Shown here one piece after another: positions 16,841-25,195 of a stretch of DNA of 32,000 bases (position 1 is its first letter; every line of letters starts with the position of its first letter). Position numbers and translations under genes: made by a program. Under the pieces are notes generated by a model that made no database searches, was not told the DNA's origin, and worked only from the letters and a program-made list of their open reading frames with translations. The stretch comes from Candidatus Micrarchaeum sp. (GTDB lineage Archaea; Micrarchaeota; Micrarchaeia; Micrarchaeales; Micrarchaeaceae): NCBI RefSeq assembly GCF_016806735.1, contig NZ_CP060530.1, forward strand, positions 360,001 to 392,000, given 5' to 3'.

Positions 16841-17459
16841 TATAAGGACTACAAGGCTGGAGCTCATAAAGACAAGGGCACGCATAAAGGTGGCAGCCAA
16901 GGGGCTCAACCTGCTCAAGATGAAAAGGTCAAGCCTGGTTCTGGCATTCTTCGACATGGCAAGGCAGATACGGCTGATGAGGGGCAACATGCTCGAGAGC
17001 GTGCGCCTGGCTGCAGATTCCGTAAAGATCGCAGATATTATGTCAGGTAGGATAACCATGGAGCGCATTGCCGCGGAAAACGCCGAGGCCTCTGCAAGAG
17101 CTTCATCAAAAAACATAATGGGGGTGAAGATACCGGATCTTGAGATAAAGTCCAACGGAACGGAAGATGCAGTTTACTCAGTAATATCGATGCCGGCATC
17201 CGTGTTCGACGCGAAGAGGAGCTACGAGAACCTGTTCAAGCTGCTCATAGAAGTGGCGGAAAAGGAGAACGCGCTGCGCCTCCTGCTTTACGAAATAGAG
17301 AAGCTCAACAGAAGGAGCAATGCAATAGAAAACGTTGCAATACCAAAGCTTAAGGAAAAGGCATCATACATAAAGCAAAGGCTTGACGACATGGAAAGGG
17401 ACCAGATAGTTTCAATAAAATACATAAAAGGCAAGCTGGAGAGCGAAGGTGAGGCCTGA
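16827..17459 (+). CDS. atpD: A-type ATP synthase subunit D (central stalk)
   Basis: [26 protein letters not shown] at the N terminus and a coiled-coil C terminus. It overlaps the atpB stop by 14 nt. Confidence 0.9.
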   Translation: MAQSNIRTTRLELIKTRARIKVAAKGLNLLKMKRSSLVLAFFDMARQIRLMRGNMLESVRLAADSVKIADIMSGRITMERIAAENAEASARASSKNIMGVKIPDLEIKSNGTEDAVYSVISMPASVFDAKRSYENLFKLLIEVAEKENALRLLLYEIEKLNRRSNAIENVAIPKLKEKASYIKQRLDDMERDQIVSIKYIKGKLESEGEA

Positions 17460-17641
17460 TGCAAAGCAATTACGCTATGGACAAGATAATGCATAAGCAG
17501 CACAGGCTCAAGATGACCGAAGAGAGCACCCGTGCGATAATGAAATTTCAGAGGATAATGTACGCAGTAATGGCGATAAACATAGCGGTGGCGGTATTCG
17601 CCGTGCTTATGCTAATGCTGCTGTCAGGGGTAGTAAAATGA
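17459..17641 (+). CDS. Hypothetical Met-rich small membrane protein (60 aa) embedded in the atp operon
   Basis: Its ATG shares one base with the atpD TGA (TGATG at 17457-17461). Its TGA overlaps the atpH ATG (ATGA at 17638-17641). It has a basic N-terminal half, one C-terminal TM helix (IMYAVMAINIAVAVFAVLMLMLLSGVV) and 9 Met in 60 residues. Confidence 0.55.
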   Translation: MQSNYAMDKIMHKQHRLKMTEESTRAIMKFQRIMYAVMAINIAVAVFAVLMLMLLSGVVK

Positions 17642-17967
17642 GCGATATTTCTACATTGGAAAAAATAAAGGAAAGCGAGGATTCATACTCGAAAGCCATA
17701 GAAAAGGCAAAATCCGAAGCCGAAGCCATAATGAAAAACGCGCACACGCAGGCGGAGATAATACTTCACGATGCAAGGGAGCGTTCGACAGAGCAGGCCG
17801 ATTCGATAAAGGTGGAGGCGCTTAAGGATGCAAAAAAAAGCGCGGAGGCGCTGATAGAGGCGCAGCAGTCAAAGGTCTCTTCGCTTAAAGAAGTATCGGA
17901 GGATGAAGCGCTTGAGGCGTTTGCCGAGGCTGTTTCGGAATATTTTGGAATCCAAGGCAAGAAGTAA
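17638..17967 (+). CDS. atpH: A-type ATP synthase subunit H (peripheral stalk, V-type G-like)
   Basis: 109-aa Glu/Ala/Lys-rich predicted coiled coil lying immediately upstream of atpI. Confidence 0.75.
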   Translation: MSDISTLEKIKESEDSYSKAIEKAKSEAEAIMKNAHTQAEIILHDARERSTEQADSIKVEALKDAKKSAEALIEAQQSKVSSLKEVSEDEALEAFAEAVSEYFGIQGKK

Positions 17968-17979
17968 AACGGTGCGATA

Positions 17980-19920
17980 ATGTTGTTGAAACCTGCAAGG
18001 ATGTCAAGGGAGCGCATAATCATATCGAAGGAGCACCGCCAGCCGGTAATTACGGCCCTTCATGACCTTGGCGTCATGCAAATAGAGCAGCTTCCGGAGA
18101 ACGTTGCCGAGATGCTTAACAAGAGCGACGACCTTGATTACAGGCAGATAAGCGATTACGACCAAAAGTTCAGGAGCCTCGAATCCATGCTCTACAAATA
18201 CGAGCCCAAGGATAAATACTCCATGGAAGACACTGCAGAGCTGATAAAGAAGGCCGATTCGGTAACGATAACGGAAAGGGTCGCACAGATAACAAGGGAA
18301 ATGGCATCAGCGGAAGCCGAGCTCAAGGAGCTCAGGGACACCATGAACCTTTTGAAGCGTATGCCGCATACAAGGCACGATCTGGCGATATTTGGGACCG
18401 ACAAGATTGCATCATTCTTGGTGGAGGGCAGGGACTTGCAGAAATTCAATTCGGAAGCGCACAAAGAGATAAAGGAGTGCGTGATCCTGAAGGGAGAATA
18501 TTCAACAATAGCGAGCATAAGCAGGGATTCGGAAAAGGAGTTTGGCAACTATGTAAGAAGCATGAAACTCTCAGTGGAAGCCATACCGAAAATGTCAGGG
18601 CCCGTGTCTGCAAACGAAAAGCTCATAGAATCCAAAATATCGGAATCGGAATCCAAGTACGAAGCCCTCAAATCAGAGCTTACCAACATATCGGAAATAC
18701 ACTATCCTCTTGTAAGCGCCATTCGCGAGCAATTAGACTTAGAGATGGAAAAGCTTGACGTAGTGTCCAAGTTCGGCTTTGGAATCAACGTCATAGCAAT
18801 CGAGGGCTGGGTGCCTGAGGAAGACCTTCACAGGCTGAGGTCTGCGCTTAAGCGCATAACCAACGACGGCTTCATAATGGAGAAGATACACACCAAGGAG
18901 CTTCCTCCAACAAAGCTTTCAAATCCCGTTACGACGAGGCTATTCGAGTTTTTCATAAGGTTCTATTCGCTGCCAAAAAGCGACGAGTTCGACCCAACGC
19001 TCATATTTGCGGTAGTGTTCCCGATATTCTTCGGCTTCATGATAGGCGACGTAGGATACGGTGCCGTTATGCTTCTCGGCTCAATATGGCTTCTTCACAG
19101 AATAAGACACCCGCCGAAGAAAAGCCACATACCGAAACCGATAAGCAAATTTGTCAACACAATAATAAGCAACAACGGCCTCACGGTGCTGGCAAAATCC
19201 ATAATGCCGGGCGCAGTGATAGCCATATTTCTCGGCGTAATATTCAATGAATACTTCGGTTTCCAGCTTCCTTATACTGCAATCTTCAACGTTGAGACTG
19301 GATTGCCGACACTGCTGCTCGTATCCGGCTGGATAGGCGTTGCGATGGTATCTTTCGGGTTCGTGCTGGGATTCCTGAACAATCTTGCAATAGGGCACAA
19401 AAAGCATGCAGTCGGAAGGATAGGCTGGCTCATGGCTGCATGGGGCATAGTCATATTCGGCCTTGCAGTTCTCCACAAGCAGCCGCTATGGTTCCCTAAT
19501 TATTCCGTGGTGCTTGCATACTTCCTGCTTATCGGCGGAATAATAATGTTTCTTGTCACTGAAGGCTTTGAATCGCTCATGGAACTGCCATCTCTCATAA
19601 GCCACATACTTTCATATACTAGGCTCATAGGCATATTGCTGGCTTCGGTCATACTCGCGCAGGTTATAGACTTCATATTCATGCATTCACTGACGCATTC
19701 AATACCTCTTGCCATACTGGGCATAGTGATACTCATAGTGGGCCAGCTCTTCAATATAGCCATAGCGCTATTCGAGCCAGGAATACAAGGCGCAAGGCTT
19801 ATATACGTGGAATTCTTCTCCAAGTTCTTCTCTGGAAACGGCAGGGAGTTCAGGCCGTTTGCGAGCAGGAGGCAGCGCACCGTAAGCACGGTAAAAGACG
19901 AACAACTCATACAGCGCTGA
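17980..19920 (+). CDS. atpI: A-type ATP synthase subunit I (stator a-subunit homolog)
   Basis: A hydrophilic N-terminal domain of about 330 aa precedes a polytopic C-terminal domain. HILSYTRLIGILLAS contains the conserved stator Arg (compare V-type SYLRLWALSLAH). A GGTG motif lies upstream of the ATG. Confidence 0.92.
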   Translation: MLLKPARMSRERIIISKEHRQPVITALHDLGVMQIEQLPENVAEMLNKSDDLDYRQISDYDQKFRSLESMLYKYEPKDKYSMEDTAELIKKADSVTITERVAQITREMASAEAELKELRDTMNLLKRMPHTRHDLAIFGTDKIASFLVEGRDLQKFNSEAHKEIKECVILKGEYSTIASISRDSEKEFGNYVRSMKLSVEAIPKMSGPVSANEKLIESKISESESKYEALKSELTNISEIHYPLVSAIREQLDLEMEKLDVVSKFGFGINVIAIEGWVPEEDLHRLRSALKRITNDGFIMEKIHTKELPPTKLSNPVTTRLFEFFIRFYSLPKSDEFDPTLIFAVVFPIFFGFMIGDVGYGAVMLLGSIWLLHRIRHPPKKSHIPKPISKFVNTIISNNGLTVLAKSIMPGAVIAIFLGVIFNEYFGFQLPYTAIFNVETGLPTLLLVSGWIGVAMVSFGFVLGFLNNLAIGHKKHAVGRIGWLMAAWGIVIFGLAVLHKQPLWFPNYSVVLAYFLLIGGIIMFLVTEGFESLMELPSLISHILSYTRLIGILLASVILAQVIDFIFMHSLTHSIPLAILGIVILIVGQLFNIAIALFEPGIQGARLIYVEFFSKFFSGNGREFRPFASRRQRTVSTVKDEQLIQR

Positions 19921-19982
19921 AGTTTCTCTCTGTCAAAGCTGTGGCTTGGCTCGCATAAAATAAGCGTGCACAAAATTTGTTT

Positions 19983-20483
19983 TCAGGTAACTTTTTCCAG
20001 CACGGTTCCTGATATGGTATGCGGAAATCCTGTTTGTATGTCGGTGTAGTTTATAACTACATATCCTTTGAAAAGAGCCCCGGGATTGCCGGTGAACACC
20101 GTATTGTTGCTCCAGCACTGCAGTGTTGCCGTGCTGTTTCCTGTTATTGTGACGTTGGATCCTATCTGCACATCTATGCCGTTGGGGAAATAAACCATGT
20201 GGTTGAGCGAATCGTTTGAATTGCAGCCTATTGCGGTTATATTTATCGGAGAACTTGTTGACTGCTGCATGTTTACTGTAAGCATCCCGTTGCTGCTGAG
20301 AGTGCTGAATATGCAGCTGAAATCTGCAGGGAATATGCAGCTGGTGCTGACGAATGAGCTTGGGTTGAACAGGCCGAGCTCAAATAGTACTCCGAGAGCA
20401 ATTGCGATTATGAGTATGGCCCACCCGTATGTTATGAGGTATTCCATGGCGCTTTGGCCTTTGGCCCCTCTGCCGTTTTTCAT
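19983..20483 (-). CDS. Class III signal peptide (archaeal type IV pilin-like) protein
   Basis: MKNGRGAKG/QSAMEYLITYGWAILIIAIALGVLF shows a short basic leader, a G/Q cleavage-type site and a hydrophobic helix. The mature part is Ser/Thr/Asn-rich with sequons. The track ORF starts at a GTG at 20513; ATGs lie at 20501 and 20483. Confidence 0.75.
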   Translation of the reverse strand: MKNGRGAKGQSAMEYLITYGWAILIIAIALGVLFELGLFNPSSFVSTSCIFPADFSCIFSTLSSNGMLTVNMQQSTSSPINITAIGCNSNDSLNHMVYFPNGIDVQIGSNVTITGNSTATLQCWSNNTVFTGNPGALFKGYVVINYTDIQTGFPHTISGTVLEKVT

Positions 20484-20593
20484 AGCGTTTGCAGGTTCCA
20501 TAAACACACGCACAAAATTCTCAGCAAAAAGCTAAATTACTTAAGCAGTGCAGTGGTCATTCCAAGCGCAGAGCACGCAGCAGTATAATGCCC

Positions 20594-22240
20594 TCAATAC
20601 TTTATTTTTGATAGTATTATCTCGCACCCTACAACAGGTTCCTCTATCCCGAATCCGTTCAGTATTTTCGGATGCACCTCTCCGATTATTCCTATATCCT
20701 CGCCTTTAGAAATTATCCTTGCGCACCTTCCAGGTATAAATTCAGTCCCGGAGCCCTCCTCAAATCCCACTTCAATTCCTAGAGAGGCCATTGCAGATAT
20801 TATTACGGATTTTGCCTCTGCAAAATCAGCCTTTGAGTGCTCAGATACGAAAGCAAATGACTTCCTTTCTTCTGCCTTGCCCTCTGAAACGCTAAAGGTA
20901 TCCCCTATTTCAAACATCTTGTAAGGCATCTGCTCCGATGCAGAATCCTTCAGGTTGTTGATAAGCGATGGCAGTATGCTGCTGCGCATTATGCTTATGT
21001 TTTCGGTTTTGGAATATTTTATGCTTACGACTTTTTCCATTTCGGGCTCCCTGCCCATCATCTCGAATTCGGATTTCTCGTTTGCCAGGTAGTTGTTGTA
21101 CGCTTCGGTATATCCGAGCCCTAGCATAATCTCTGTAAGCTTGTCGGAAAAGATAGTAAATGCAGTTTCGCTTCCCGCATTTACGCTTGGCACGGGCCTG
21201 GATTTTACTGAATCGTATCCGTATGCGAAAACCAGATCCTCGTAAACATCCTGTTCATTGAAAACGTCGTAGCGGTATGGCGGCACTGCCACGGACAGAT
21301 ATCCCTTTGCTTCCTCGGAAATGACATAGCCGCTTCTTACTGCAAGCTTTTTTATGTCGGCATCATTCGCCTTGTAGCCCAGCACTTCGCTGAACCCGGA
21401 AGCCTTGATCTTTATGCTGAACGAATTGAGCCTTGGATATTCGACATCTTTGCCATTTTCAGAAACGACTTTAACCGAATAGACCTTTGCACCAGCATCG
21501 ATGAACCTGCATGCGAACATATCGGCTACTTTCGATACCGTATTTGGATCTGTCCCTGTAAAATCTATGAAAAGCGATTTTGTTTTTGCGGTTACCCTGG
21601 TTTTTTCGGAATTTGTTATAGGTATAAGCGAAATGGTCTTCGAAGAGTCCCTAAGGAACGGATATAGCTGCCTGCTACCTTTTCTCGGTGCAATTGTATT
21701 TGCGTAGGCTATTCCCTTCTGATTTTTCTCCATTACCTCGTCGAATCCGGCTTCCGCATTTTCCCCCAAAGGAGTTATGCTTCCTTCATAAGAGGCGTCA
21801 TAAATAAGATTTCCATCTATTGCAGAAAGGTCATGGATCCCCATTGCAAGCTTCTTCCTGTTCCTGCCCAAAGTGCTGCCGAGCTTCTCCGAGAAGTTTA
21901 TCAGGTACTTCAAAGAGGCTTCAGTAAAAGAAACGTCTTTTACAACAATCCCTGCAATATTGGGCCTGACCCTGCTTACAAGTTTACCAGCCTTTATGGA
22001 AATTCCACTGCTGCCGCTTGCTTCATACCTTCTGGGTTTTCGCAAGCCTTCGTAAAGGGCCAGCTGCCTTCCCAGGCCTATTATATCTAGCATGTCCGAC
22101 CTGTTTGGAGTTATGTCAACAGTTATCTCACCGTCGGCATCGCGTTCAACCTCCATGCCAATTTTAGGTATGGTGTTTTCCGGCTTTTCGATGCCTGACT
22201 CCTCGACAAGGTCCTTTTTAGCGAATGTTACGGTTGCCAT
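20594..22240 (-). CDS. pheT: Phenylalanine--tRNA ligase beta subunit (archaeal type)
   Basis: 548 aa, 4 nt downstream of pheS. Length and N-terminal pattern (MATVTFAKKDLVE...ITPNRSDMLDIIGLGRQL) are typical of archaeal PheT. Confidence 0.9.
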   Translation of the reverse strand: MATVTFAKKDLVEESGIEKPENTIPKIGMEVERDADGEITVDITPNRSDMLDIIGLGRQLALYEGLRKPRRYEASGSSGISIKAGKLVSRVRPNIAGIVVKDVSFTEASLKYLINFSEKLGSTLGRNRKKLAMGIHDLSAIDGNLIYDASYEGSITPLGENAEAGFDEVMEKNQKGIAYANTIAPRKGSRQLYPFLRDSSKTISLIPITNSEKTRVTAKTKSLFIDFTGTDPNTVSKVADMFACRFIDAGAKVYSVKVVSENGKDVEYPRLNSFSIKIKASGFSEVLGYKANDADIKKLAVRSGYVISEEAKGYLSVAVPPYRYDVFNEQDVYEDLVFAYGYDSVKSRPVPSVNAGSETAFTIFSDKLTEIMLGLGYTEAYNNYLANEKSEFEMMGREPEMEKVVSIKYSKTENISIMRSSILPSLINNLKDSASEQMPYKMFEIGDTFSVSEGKAEERKSFAFVSEHSKADFAEAKSVIISAMASLGIEVGFEEGSGTEFIPGRCARIISKGEDIGIIGEVHPKILNGFGIEEPVVGCEIILSKIKY

Positions 22241-22244
22241 TACA

Positions 22245-23756
22245 TCACAGCTTGATCGGCTTGCGTTTTCTGAGCCATCCTATGTCGTTCTTGTAAAGTT
22301 CGCTCAGCGAGTTTATGCCTAAATATTTGAACATCAGCCTGTCCAGGCCCGCGCCCCACGCTATAACGCGCATGTCGGTCCCCAGGGCCTTGGTTATCTC
22401 CTTCCTTATAATGCCGCCTCCGCAGAGCTCTATCCAGTCTCCGTGCTCATCGTCGTAATAGCTGGCTTCGAGCCCAGGCTCGACGAACGGGAAGTACGAG
22501 GGCTTGAACTTGACCTTGAAGCCCAGCCCTTTGTAAAACTGCTCAAGCGTACCTTTCAGGTCAGCCACACCCAGGCCTCTGCCTATGACTATGCCGTCCA
22601 GCTGGTGAAGTTCGGCCAGGTGCTTGTAGTCTATGCTCTCGTTCCTGAAGACTTTCCCTATCGAGAAAAGCTTTATCGGATATTCGAGCATGCTGGAATT
22701 GCCGTATTCTTTTATGTTGTGGGCCGAAACGCTTGTTGTATGCGTCCTGAGCACTGGCTGAAACGAGATATCTTCGTTCCAGCTATTCCATCCCTTCTTG
22801 TGCATCCTTGCTACCCTTTTCAGCAGCTCCTTTTCTGCGATTCCGAGTATTTCAGGATTTGACAGGAAGAACGTGTCCTGCATCTCGCGCGTAGGATGGT
22901 CTTGAGGTGAAAAAAGCGCATCGAAATTCCAGAAAGACGATTCTATCATGGGACCTGCAGTTTCAATGAAGCCCTGGCTTACCCACATGCGCCTTACGAG
23001 CTCCATGAATTCTTTCATCGGATGCCTCCTCGCAGGATACGCTTCGGCTACCGGCGCCTCAACATCATATGGCCTGAATCCTGACTCGGTCCATGCTCTG
23101 GATTTTATTATGTCCCTGGTGAGCTGCCCTATTCCGCTTGCCGTCTTTTCTCTGGAAAGCATCTCCATGCCAATATCGGTTATTGATATCGAGGCTATCC
23201 TTGATTTAGGCTTAATCAGCAGCAGCTTCCTATGCTCAAGTTCCTTGAGTGTCTTTTCTATTCCTGCCATTTCTTCATCACTGACATAGGCAACGTTGTT
23301 CCCATTGCTTCCGATTTTGGAAAGAAGCAGCTTTAGCACGCTCTCCTGTTCATATCGGCTTCCTAGGGCCTTCCTGCCTTTCTCTGTAATGTGGAGCTTT
23401 CCGTCACTGATGTCAGCCCAGCCGTTCCTCTTAACCCATGCCAGCGCTATGCCATTTATGCTTCCATCCAGCTTCTTTGGGCCTTTTCCAAGTTCCGCAA
23501 GCAGAGCCTGCTCAGGAAACCCTTCGGCGTAGCCAAGCGCCTCTGGTCCGAGCTCTACCTCGGCTCCGCTGTCGATCTTAATCTCAACCGCACCCTTGGA
23601 TTTTAGGCTTTCGGAAGCCCAAAGGACTGCGTCACGCCCAAGGCTGGTGCCGCTCCATATGCTTTCCACATCTGCGCTCTTTTTATCTTTGAGGAACGAT
23701 AGCAGCTTAAATTCGTACTCATGCAATGCAAGCACCATCTTATCTGGATTTCGCAT
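22245..23756 (-). CDS. pheS: Phenylalanine--tRNA ligase alpha subunit (archaeal type)
   Basis: Class II motifs are present: FRNESIDYKHLAELHQLDG (motif 2) and AWGAGLDRLMF (motif 3), with N-terminal winged-helix-like repeats. An alternative start is the ATG at 23738. Confidence 0.92.
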   Translation of the reverse strand: MRNPDKMVLALHEYEFKLLSFLKDKKSADVESIWSGTSLGRDAVLWASESLKSKGAVEIKIDSGAEVELGPEALGYAEGFPEQALLAELGKGPKKLDGSINGIALAWVKRNGWADISDGKLHITEKGRKALGSRYEQESVLKLLLSKIGSNGNNVAYVSDEEMAGIEKTLKELEHRKLLLIKPKSRIASISITDIGMEMLSREKTASGIGQLTRDIIKSRAWTESGFRPYDVEAPVAEAYPARRHPMKEFMELVRRMWVSQGFIETAGPMIESSFWNFDALFSPQDHPTREMQDTFFLSNPEILGIAEKELLKRVARMHKKGWNSWNEDISFQPVLRTHTTSVSAHNIKEYGNSSMLEYPIKLFSIGKVFRNESIDYKHLAELHQLDGIVIGRGLGVADLKGTLEQFYKGLGFKVKFKPSYFPFVEPGLEASYYDDEHGDWIELCGGGIIRKEITKALGTDMRVIAWGAGLDRLMFKYLGINSLSELYKNDIGWLRKRKPIKL

Positions 23757-24507
23757 AGGCGTATGCTATGAGTCCAGCTATTATCGCGGCTATTATAATA
23801 TAAGAGAAAATTCCAAGGGCGTTATAAGCGCCAGTGAAAAAACCGGTGACCTCGGCCGTGAGGCTCTCGCGCATTATGAAAACTAACGTGAACTTTGAAA
23901 GCGGCTCACCATCGAACCAGGAAAACTGCGTCGTATTGGAATAGCCATTAGTGAAATTGGCAACAGGGGCATCCGGTATCGGATAAATTGCTGATACCTG
24001 TGACCCGGAAGGCAGAATTATGGTGAGCGTAGTGTTTGACGGAAGGACCTCTCCGCTAGTTGCATGCTCGAAATTAAAGACGTTCCTGCTGAACGAGTAT
24101 ACAAACTCTCTTGGTGCGGTCTGCTTGACGCTTGTAACGTTGTTTACATCGTAGCTCATTATGAGCTTAGCCACTCCTCCATTGTACTGCGGCACCAGCG
24201 GCCCTGGCAGATATTTGAAGTTGTAGACCCCGCTCTTCGGATTTATTATGTGCTGGACCAGCATCGGCCCTATGAAACCCTGCCATGTGCTCAGCGTCAG
24301 GTTAAGGGCTATCCTATTCGTTTCGTATTGGTTTACCGAGCTGTTGCTTACAAAGACGGTAAGCACCTCCGTAACCTGCGCGCTAGTGTTCTTATTGAGC
24401 GTTACGGTCGTATTAAGGTGGGTCACAGTATAAGAGCCGTAGCTGGAGCCTGCGATTGCAAAAATCATAAGCACGGCGAGCGCAAGAGCCGCAATTACCA
24501 TTTTCAT
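23740..24507 (-). CDS. Hypothetical secreted protein with an N-terminal signal peptide and a C-terminal TM anchor, sequon-rich
   Basis: N terminus MKMVIAALALAVLMIFAIAGSSYG and C-terminal anchor IFSYIIIAAIIAGLIAYAYAKSR. Many N-X-S/T sites. Its stop overlaps or abuts the pheS start. Confidence 0.65.
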   Translation of the reverse strand: MKMVIAALALAVLMIFAIAGSSYGSYTVTHLNTTVTLNKNTSAQVTEVLTVFVSNSSVNQYETNRIALNLTLSTWQGFIGPMLVQHIINPKSGVYNFKYLPGPLVPQYNGGVAKLIMSYDVNNVTSVKQTAPREFVYSFSRNVFNFEHATSGEVLPSNTTLTIILPSGSQVSAIYPIPDAPVANFTNGYSNTTQFSWFDGEPLSKFTLVFIMRESLTAEVTGFFTGAYNALGIFSYIIIAAIIAGLIAYAYAKSR

Positions 24508-24758
24508 ATGATCACAACAGCACTATGATTATATTATAGAGTGCTTAAATAACTTAGCCCGCATAGCGCTGGCATTGATACAATTGATGCCGAAACTACA
24601 TCAAAAACAGGCGCAAAACTGCTGCGGGCCCAGGATTTATCTGCACATGTGCCGATGCCGATATATACAAAGCTTTAAATATAAGCGCAGTCGCAATATC
24701 ACTATATATGTAGTAAGGCAAAGAAATGAACCAAGCCTACATATGAGCAAAGATACAG

Positions 24759-25064
24759 ATGGAAGAAGACGAAAGTTTCGGACAGGAAAGAAATGAAGAA
24801 GGAATGGAAGGAGAAGAGCAGAGAAGGCCAAGACGCGAAGGAAGGGACAGGGGCGTATCAATAAAACCCTCGTACTTCTTGCAGAAGCCCGTAAAGGCTG
24901 GCGATGAGGTCGACGTGACCATAGAAGCGGTTGCCTCAAAGGGCGACGGCATAGCAAAGGTCAACGGCTTTGTTGTCTTCGTGAAGGGCGCGAAGCAGGG
25001 AGAAAGCATGAAAGTCAGGATAACTGACGTCAAAGCAAGGTTTGCATTGGCGGAAAGACTCTGA
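24759..25064 (+). CDS. TRAM domain protein with a charged N-terminal extension
   Basis: The C-terminal approximately 65 aa (PVKAGDEVDVTIEAVASKGDGIAKVNGFVVFVKGAKQGESMKVRITDVKARFALAERL) match the stand-alone archaeal TRAM pattern. The N-terminal approximately 35 aa are Glu/Arg-rich. Confidence 0.8.
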   Translation: MEEDESFGQERNEEGMEGEEQRRPRREGRDRGVSIKPSYFLQKPVKAGDEVDVTIEAVASKGDGIAKVNGFVVFVKGAKQGESMKVRITDVKARFALAERL

Positions 25065-25100
25065 TTGCGATTAGCTTTCACAAAGAGATAAAGGATTAGT

Positions 25101-25130
25101 TTTATTTTTTACTATTTCTGTTTTATTTTT
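25101..25130 (+). terminator. Oligo-T tracts, candidate archaeal terminator after the TRAM gene
   Basis: TTTATTTTTTACTATTTCTGTTTTATTTTT lies 37 nt after the stop and is followed by the hairpin GGGCTC-TTAGCG-GAGCCC (25131-25148). Confidence 0.45.
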
Positions 25131-25195
25131 GGGCTCTTAGCGGAGCCCATTCAGATTCCTACTTTTTAAATATCATTAGCCCTGCCAAGGATACA

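Noticed and set aside
13544-17155. Long minus-strand ORFs inside the atp operon (13564-14604 of 346 aa, 13544-14128, 15460-16080, 16652-17155)
   Set aside because: They are antisense to atpA, atpB and atpD, whose identity is certain. Their translations are Ser/Leu/Pro-rich with no motifs, which is typical of shadow ORFs caused by codon bias.
24581-24640. C/D box sRNA candidate (UUGAUGC near 24583-24589)
   Set aside because: The C box is imperfect. No CUGA D box lies at an appropriate distance, and there is no terminal kink-turn pairing.
24575-24796. 73-aa basic ORF (TTG start) in the spacer before the TRAM gene, and minus-strand ORFs 24637-24957 and 24737-25081
   Set aside because: They have no ribosome-binding or promoter logic, an extreme Arg/Cys/Lys composition, and overlap with the TRAM frame or its promoter. 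They are more likely noncoding.
24848-24858. 11-nt match (CAGGGGCGTAT) to the tRNA-Arg 3' end and flank, considered as a third att-like copy
   Set aside because: It lies inside the TRAM coding frame (RDRGVS), is shorter than the 13-mer, and has no compositional break or other boundary feature nearby. It is most likely chance.
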